Shown one piece after another: positions 58,166 through 64,000 of a stretch of DNA of 64,000 bases. The notes beneath the pieces were generated by a model, which was given only the letters and a program-made list of their open reading frames with translations, ran no database searches and was not told where the DNA came from. Numbering within the stretch: position 1 is the first letter of the stretch; every line of letters begins with the position of its first letter. The position numbers and the translations under genes are program-made. Origin of the DNA: a virus; the IMG/VR virus record IMGVR_UViG_3300035529_000070, positions 58,114 through 122,113 of that record; one strand, 5' to 3'.

Positions 58166-58200
58166 ATAGGAGCTATAATTGGTTTCTTATTATCCATATA

Positions 58201-58236
58201 AAAAAGGGCGCATTAATATGCGTCCTTATTTTTTTT
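58201..58236. terminator. Bidirectional terminator
   Basis: AAGGGCGCAT-taat-ATGCGTCCTT flanked by A and T runs. Confidence 0.7.
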
Positions 58237-58521
58237 ATTATGATATTCTTCATAAGCTGCATCAGTCAACACTATTGCATCATCTTTGCCTTTATTTAAA
58301 TAAATATGCTTTGGCTTTTTATATAATATTCTTAAATTAGTTCCGCCAAAACTAGGCATTTCTTTAACTCTAAAACTCCCAATTGCTCTTAAACTAAATT
58401 TCCCAATTCCAGTTATTTGTTCCCAAAAGATGTCTTTAAGAGCTTTCATTACTTTTCTTACATCGTTGTATTTTACTTCAGTTCTATTAGATATTTCTTC
58501 TATAAGTTCTCTGTGCTTCAA
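58213..58521 (-). CDS. HU/IHF-like nucleoid-associated protein
   Basis: MKHRELIEEISNRTEV...VRKVMKAL...FSLRAIGSFRVK. Confidence 0.8.
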   Translation of the reverse strand: MKHRELIEEISNRTEVKYNDVRKVMKALKDIFWEQITGIGKFSLRAIGSFRVKEMPSFGGTNLRILYKKPKHIYLNKGKDDAIVLTDAAYEEYHNKKNKDAY

Positions 58522-58997
58522 TTAATAGCATCTCCTATTTTATAGAATTTGTGATAAAAATTATCCGGAGTAGGAACTTCTATCACGCTAAAATACCTGG
58601 TAAATATATCTTGAGGGGTTTTACCTTTAGCCTCCAATTCAGACAACCTTTTTTTAGTAATATAAAATACAGCTTCCTCTGAAAAATGTTTTTTACCTCG
58701 AAGATATAATTCGGTGTATTCTTCTGCAATAATACCACATTCTATAAATTTATCCAAATCGTATTGCGTTGTTAGATGTATGTTTGGAGCATTCCATGCA
58801 TCAAAATTTTTTGCTAAATCTCTAGGATCTGGTAATCCATCATTGTTATCATCACCATCATTATCAAAATAATGTATAGGATAAGATAATTGATTCATAA
58901 ATACTCCAGCAATCATTTTCTTTTCTTTTACAGGGCAAATAGATGCCTCACCAAAAATCAAAATTTGTAATATTTGTTTTAATTCTCTATAATCCAT
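58518..58997 (-). CDS. Possible SleB/Hydrolase_2-like cell-wall hydrolase
   Basis: LIFGEAS..EKKMIAGVFMNQL and C-terminal YHKFY resemble IYxEARGE..GKxAVAxVxxNR...HxFY. Confidence 0.45.
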   Translation of the reverse strand: MDYRELKQILQILIFGEASICPVKEKKMIAGVFMNQLSYPIHYFDNDGDDNNDGLPDPRDLAKNFDAWNAPNIHLTTQYDLDKFIECGIIAEEYTELYLRGKKHFSEEAVFYITKKRLSELEAKGKTPQDIFTRYFSVIEVPTPDNFYHKFYKIGDAIN

Positions 58998-59059
58998 ACA
59001 AATACCTCCAACTTATTATTAAATTTCAGTAAAAAACTGATAAAAATTAATGTTAAATA

Positions 59060-59068
59060 TGCTATAAT
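59060..59068 (+). promoter_or_regulatory. Extended -10 promoter of the dnaB operon
   Basis: TG-C-TATAAT. Confidence 0.6.
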
Positions 59069-59104
59069 AAAATCAGACACTACAACGAAAGGAGTTGCTT
59101 ACTT

Positions 59105-60469
59105 GTGAGTTTTGAAATAGAAAAGCGTACATATGCTGATGAAGAACAACTTATTTCAATTCTATTATATGACTATCACAAAAATATGCCGGTTGTGGAC
59201 AATATAGTCACACCGGATATGTTTTCTGATGAAAATCTCAGAAGCGTATATGAAGCTTTACAGATAGAATTTAAAAACGATCCACAAACTACTTTGAAAC
59301 AAGCGTTAAGTTATCATGGAGTCAATGTAGACCTAGATAAAATAAGAGTAATGGTCAATGACTTTGATTTTTCAATTAATCAAGATAATGATGAAGAAGT
59401 TATTAAAATTGCTAACAAAGTTGTAGATCATTATCAAGCTAGAAAATTGATCAACATGATTAATACTTCCGCACAACGTTTATCTCAAGGTGCTATGTTA
59501 GATGATGTTAAAATTAATATAGAAAAATTATTCAATGAAATGAATAAAGATACAGCTAAAACTTCCGTAACTTCCTTAGGGGAAAACTTCTTAAACTTTT
59601 TACAAGAATATGAGATCAAAGAAGAAATAAAAAGAAAAGATCCAGATGCTAATTTATTAGCTGGTGATACTACTGGGTTTAAAATAATAGATCAGTGGAC
59701 ATATGGTTTAAAGAAACAAGAAATGTGGATCATTGCTGGGAGACCATCTATGGGTAAAACAGCTTTGGCGTTAAGAATGTCTTATTTAACTGCTAAGAAA
59801 AACAATAAACCAGCGCTTTTTATATCTCTAGAAACTTCTGAAGAAAGTTTGACAAAACGTTTAATGGTCATGGAAACCAAAATACATAATTCCAAAATAT
59901 CAGAGGCTAAATTAAATAAAGAAGAAAAGAAAAGAATGATAAATTTTGCTACCACTGTAGAAGATACACCTTTGCATTTTTTAGATGCCGTTAATATCAC
60001 ACCTAACTTCATACGCAATGTTATAATCCAATTTAATGAAAGACATTCTGAGCCAATGCGATATATTTTTATAGACTATCTTCAACTTTTAACTCCAAAC
60101 GAAAAATCTACAATGAGACAAGAACAGGTTAGTTCAATATCTAGAGATCTTAAATTAATAGCAAAAGAATTTAACATCACAGTTGTTGCTTTAGCACAAC
60201 TTAGCAGGGAAGTAGAAAAAAGGCCAGATAAACGCCCTAAAATGTCAGATTTAAGGGAATCTGGATCTATGGAGCAAGATGCCGATATTATACTTTTACT
60301 ATATAGAGATGAATATTATTTGTCAAAAGAAGAAAAAAGACCGGAAGCACAACAAAGTTTAGCAGAAATTGTTCAAGCAAAGTTTAAAGAAGGAGCTACA
60401 GGTGTTTATGATTTATCTTTTATTCCAGAATATATGTACTTTTCAGATTACATTAATGACGAGGTGTGA
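59105..60469 (+). CDS. dnaB: DnaB replicative helicase
   Basis: IIAGRPSMGKT, FISLE, IFIDYLQL, LAQLSREVEKR..LRESGSMEQDAD. Confidence 0.96.
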   Translation: MSFEIEKRTYADEEQLISILLYDYHKNMPVVDNIVTPDMFSDENLRSVYEALQIEFKNDPQTTLKQALSYHGVNVDLDKIRVMVNDFDFSINQDNDEEVIKIANKVVDHYQARKLINMINTSAQRLSQGAMLDDVKINIEKLFNEMNKDTAKTSVTSLGENFLNFLQEYEIKEEIKRKDPDANLLAGDTTGFKIIDQWTYGLKKQEMWIIAGRPSMGKTALALRMSYLTAKKNNKPALFISLETSEESLTKRLMVMETKIHNSKISEAKLNKEEKKRMINFATTVEDTPLHFLDAVNITPNFIRNVIIQFNERHSEPMRYIFIDYLQLLTPNEKSTMRQEQVSSISRDLKLIAKEFNITVVALAQLSREVEKRPDKRPKMSDLRESGSMEQDADIILLLYRDEYYLSKEEKRPEAQQSLAEIVQAKFKEGATGVYDLSFIPEYMYFSDYINDEV

Positions 60470-60472
60470 CGT

Positions 60473-61696
60473 ATGACTGAAGCTATCTTTCAAAAATTAA
60501 ACCGAAAAGATATACCTCACAGCGTGTATAAGGTATATATTTATTTAGAAATGAACGATGAAATACCTAAAAATATTAACGCGTTATCTAAAATTTTAAA
60601 TATGGCCAGAAAAACATTAAGAAATGCCTTATCTATTTTAGAAGAACTAGTACCTGAAATTTTAGAAAAATTAAAGCCTATTGAATTTTATAACCATAAT
60701 GTCAATATTAAATTTGAGGTGGAAAAGGTAAGTATAGAGAAACCAAAAGATAAACCAAAAGAAACAGAAGAAACAGAAGAAACAGAAGAAACAGAAGAAA
60801 CAGAAGAAAATATTAAAAAATCTTATTCAGAAAGGTATCCTTTAAAATGGAAACAATTAAAGAAAACAATGAAAAATCTCATTACTCAATTTGAAAAAAA
60901 AGAAATATTTACAGAAAAACAATTTGAATATATAAATAACAGTGTTGTTTATTGCAAAAAGCACCTTGAAGATCCCCTCGACGAAGAAGCTATCCTAACT
61001 TTATTGATCCCATCTTTAAAACAAATACAAAAAAATGGATATAAAAATATTAAAGATTTATGGCTTCAAACAATACAATATTTGGTCCAAAAATTTCCCG
61101 GATCTCCTCTTTATGAAACCCAACTAAAGCATTCTAAATCAAGACAATATCAAGAAAAAATAAAACAAGAAAAGAAAGAAAATGATATCCCCGATACTCA
61201 ATACAAAGAAATAGAAAAACTATTCAAGAAAATATTACCTCATTTAACTATAGATTATACTAAAGCAGGATTACTACCATACTCCACTAGAAATAAAATA
61301 CAAAGAAGTTGGTTAGAATATCACGATTTGAAAGAATGGGAAACTGCATTTAAGAAAATTAAAAACAGCGAATTTATTCAAAATCATTCATCTTGGCAAC
61401 CAGATTTTGAATGGATTGTAGAAATAAATCACTTACGTAAAATATTAAATGGTAAGTTTGATTCTAAAAATAACAATTCTAAATTGAATGAAAGATATGT
61501 AGAACAAAATTTAAAGAATAAAGGTACTTCAAAGTTTGCATTACCAGGATATATTAAACAGTACACAAAAGAAGGCGTGTTTTTTGTTAATGAATTAAGA
61601 AAGAATTATGATGATGATGATAGATTCATCAACCATGCAATTGCATTAGCAAAAAAACATAATTTGAAGGTGCAAGATATTACAACGAAAGTATAG
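60473..61696 (+). CDS. Phage replication initiator (replisome organiser)
   Basis: N-terminal HTH; C-terminal WQPDFEWIVEINHLRKILNGKF motif; lies between dnaB and the dnaC-like gene. Confidence 0.7.
   Translation: MTEAIFQKLNRKDIPHSVYKVYIYLEMNDEIPKNINALSKILNMARKTLRNALSILEELVPEILEKLKPIEFYNHNVNIKFEVEKVSIEKPKDKPKETEETEETEETEETEENIKKSYSERYPLKWKQLKKTMKNLITQFEKKEIFTEKQFEYINNSVVYCKKHLEDPLDEEAILTLLIPSLKQIQKNGYKNIKDLWLQTIQYLVQKFPGSPLYETQLKHSKSRQYQEKIKQEKKENDIPDTQYKEIEKLFKKILPHLTIDYTKAGLLPYSTRNKIQRSWLEYHDLKEWETAFKKIKNSEFIQNHSSWQPDFEWIVEINHLRKILNGKFDSKNNNSKLNERYVEQNLKNKGTSKFALPGYIKQYTKEGVFFVNELRKNYDDDDRFINHAIALAKKHNLKVQDITTKV
60761..60805 (+). repeat. Five tandem 9-bp GAAACAGAA repeats (ETE)5
   Basis: Copies at 60761, 60770, 60779, 60788, 60797; preceded by two AAACCAAAAGA. 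Confidence 0.9.
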
Positions 61697-61708
61697 GGGG
61701 TTTTTGGT

Positions 61709-62467
61709 GTGAAAAAAGAAATACTTTTAAAAGTAGTGGAAGCTATCAAGAAAAAGCCTAATTTACGAATGTCAAATTATGAAGCAGCAGTAGAACACAT
61801 GAAACAAAATAATTATAAGTGTTTTGATGAATGCAATTTAATGTTATTTGAAAAAAATGGGGATTATTTAAAATGTCCTATTGCATCAAAAAGAAAAAAA
61901 ATACAAGAAAAAGAAGTACATTTCCCAAAACGGTTTGATGATATGATTTTTAATAGTTTTGATGTAGAAAGAAATTCTGAGGCATTTTTCGCAAGTAAGT
62001 TTTTTGCGGATAATTATCCAAATAATAAAGATAGAAATCTTATATTATACGGAGATATAGGAACAGGAAAGACTCATTTGGCTGTTAGCATAATGAAAAA
62101 ATTGTTGTATTTTACCCAGTTTGAAGACATTGAATTTGAAGTCTTTAATAATTCTCATGATTTCTTAAAAAATTCTTATAGAATAAATCAATTGAAAAAT
62201 TGTGACCTTTTGATATTAGATGATTTAGGTGTATATAATTTAAAAAACTGGGCTCAAGAAACTTTACATGATATTATAGATCATAGATATAAAAGTAAAT
62301 TGGGAACAGTTGTCACAACTAATATTGGAGCACATATAACAGATCAAGATAAATTTATAGAAGAATTCAGTAAAGAATTTGATGCCAGACAAGCTAGCAG
62401 ATTAGTAAGTAATGCAGATATTGTAAGAGTCAAAGGTAATGATAACCGATTGGTCGGTGACAATTGA
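61709..62467 (+). CDS. DnaC/IstB-like AAA+ helicase loader
   Basis: LYGDIGTGKTHLA, LLILDDLG, IIDHRY...TTN. Confidence 0.9.
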   Translation: MKKEILLKVVEAIKKKPNLRMSNYEAAVEHMKQNNYKCFDECNLMLFEKNGDYLKCPIASKRKKIQEKEVHFPKRFDDMIFNSFDVERNSEAFFASKFFADNYPNNKDRNLILYGDIGTGKTHLAVSIMKKLLYFTQFEDIEFEVFNNSHDFLKNSYRINQLKNCDLLILDDLGVYNLKNWAQETLHDIIDHRYKSKLGTVVTTNIGAHITDQDKFIEEFSKEFDARQASRLVSNADIVRVKGNDNRLVGDN

Positions 62468-63039
62468 TGTATTATTTAAACACGTATATTGAATGGAAAC
62501 AACATATCACAGAAGCTTACTTATATCCAGAATTTGAAAAAGGGAATCACTATACAAATAAGTATAACAATTTTTTGGATTGCGAAGATAAAATAACTTT
62601 GATAAAACATGGATATAAAATATACAAAAGTTATTGTCTTATGATACCTTTCAATTCACATGAAGAATACAAAAAAATGATGTCTATATTAAAGAGGGTA
62701 TTGTTACCCAAAACTTATAATTTAGTCTTACAATCAAAGGCTTTAATGCCAAAAATAATTAAGGAAAAAGGATTCAACATAACTATATTAATATCAAATT
62801 TCGACCAAGTTTCTGGCTTATCTAATTTTAGCAGAAGACAATTAAAGCCATTCCGTGAATCACAAAATATTAAAGATTTCATGTACTTTTTCGATAAATT
62901 AGAAACAGATACGGAATACGAGAATAACTACAAAAAAATATTTATCACTAAAGAAACATCTAATGATAGGTTTGAATCATATACTAAACGAAAACCAAAA
63001 AAGAAAAGAAAGAAAGAACCAAGTTTAAGATTATTTTAG
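62464..63039 (+). CDS. Hypothetical protein
   Basis: Overlap-coupled ORF. Confidence 0.55.
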   Translation: MMYYLNTYIEWKQHITEAYLYPEFEKGNHYTNKYNNFLDCEDKITLIKHGYKIYKSYCLMIPFNSHEEYKKMMSILKRVLLPKTYNLVLQSKALMPKIIKEKGFNITILISNFDQVSGLSNFSRRQLKPFRESQNIKDFMYFFDKLETDTEYENNYKKIFITKETSNDRFESYTKRKPKKKRKKEPSLRLF

Positions 63040-63042
63040 GAG

Positions 63043-63459
63043 TTGATTGTCATAGAATTCGAAAAACAAATGAGAATTGATATGGATAAAATCCCTATAT
63101 CAGTTAATGCAGCCTACAAAAGAGCTAAAATGAGGTCAGGAAAACCTGGTATGTATATGTCCCAAAAAGCAAGAGAATATAAAGAGGAATTAGCCTGGTC
63201 TGCTAAATTGGCATCAAAAAAATATAATTGGAAATTGTTTAAAGAAAAAAGATTTTTTTATGTGGATTTATACTTTACTTTTAAATCTAAGAAGCGTTTT
63301 GTAGATCCTAATAACACTCATAAAATAACATTAGATGCTTTAGAAGGTATTCTGTTTGAAAATGATAAATGGGCTCTTACAAGAGATATGAATGCTGAAT
63401 TTGGAAATAAAGAACATTTAACGATAATAATAAGAATTCCAAAAAAAGAAGAGGAGTAA
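63043..63459 (+). CDS. rusA: RusA-family Holliday junction resolvase
   Basis: PISVNAAY...DPNNTHKITLDALEGILFENDK. Confidence 0.85.
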   Translation: MIVIEFEKQMRIDMDKIPISVNAAYKRAKMRSGKPGMYMSQKAREYKEELAWSAKLASKKYNWKLFKEKRFFYVDLYFTFKSKKRFVDPNNTHKITLDALEGILFENDKWALTRDMNAEFGNKEHLTIIIRIPKKEEE

Positions 63460-63475
63460 TACACTCCTCTTTTTT
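63449..63475 (+). terminator. Rho-independent terminator
   Basis: AAGAGGAGT-aatac-ACTCCTCTT followed by TTTT. Confidence 0.8.
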
Positions 63476-63717
63476 ACCTATATATTAATATTTTATTTCT
63501 ACACCCGCAAAAATTTCTGTTTTTTTATCTTCAAAATATTGCCTTACTCCACCGCCTATGCTTACATTATCTTTCTTATCTAAAGGGACAAACAATCCAC
63601 CACCAGCAGATTTGTTAGTTAAAATAGCGTCGGCGTTGATTCTAAAACCACCTTTTTCTCCTGGGTCAAAAGTATGGACAGTTACTGAATATCCTTCTTG
63701 AACTTCACCTTTATGGT

Positions 63718-64000
63718 CTATGACTTTGGTTTGTCGAATCGTTTGTCCAAAAGAAAAACCGCAGCTTCAATAGCAGCATCTAATAATGTTTCATCTCTTT
63801 CTTCAATGTTAATACCGTGATTTTTTAAAATATCTTTAGACATTTGTAAAGCTCTTTCTTTTTTTTGTTTACCTGATAGCCCTTCGTTTTCTCCCATCTG
63901 TTCAATTGCAATAACTGCATCTTGAGCAACTGTTTTTATAATATCAGATAAATCAATAAACTTTTTTTTACTATCTGCCGGTATTTTACTACCAAAATAA
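63718..64000 (-). CDS. Partial holin, LL-H family-like (start lies beyond the right edge)
   Basis: AQDAVIAIEQM...LSGKQKKERAL...LLDAAIEAAV-FLLDKRFDKPKS-stop. Confidence 0.75.
   Translation of the reverse strand, partial: YFGSKIPADSKKKFIDLSDIIKTVAQDAVIAIEQMGENEGLSGKQKKERALQMSKDILKNHGINIEERDETLLDAAIEAAVFLLDKRFDKPKS

Overview
This is a 64 kb segment of a large, very AT-rich tailed phage (or prophage/phage-plasmid), probably with a contractile tail. No host housekeeping, rRNA or tRNA genes were seen, and the host cannot be assigned from sequence alone. (1) 1-31130, minus strand: one tightly packed tail operon with a G/GT-type tail chaperone pair (clean -1 slippery site), a tape measure protein, large tail-tip/fibre proteins and several RCC1 beta-propeller proteins, one built from seven near-identical mosaic 156-bp blades. 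A 392-bp non-autonomous IscB element (apparently complete omega-RNA, nuclease gene deleted) is inserted in this operon. (2) 31261-43700, plus strand: a gpV-like spike, a protein with about 13 repeated Phi-x-K-x-A motifs, and a single-chain beta-beta' RNA polymerase whose catalytic NADFDGD loop carries a 517-aa LAGLIDADG intein with atypical termini (Ser...Gln-Asp/Thr) and an internal RBS+ATG. (3) 43786-63459: replication, recombination and regulation genes (DnaG, SNF2, Gp3-like protein plus PD-(D/E)XK nuclease, NUDIX, wHTH Rep-like protein with a highly structured leader, tandem two-domain Hfq, a five-copy palindrome array, Bro-N, HU, DnaB, initiator, DnaC, RusA). (4) A holin-like gene at the right edge. 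The best leads are the orphan omega-RNA element, the Hfq/structured-RNA/palindrome-array locus (53.9-57.5 kb) and the intein-interrupted fused RNAP. All family assignments come from motif recognition by eye; no searches were run.
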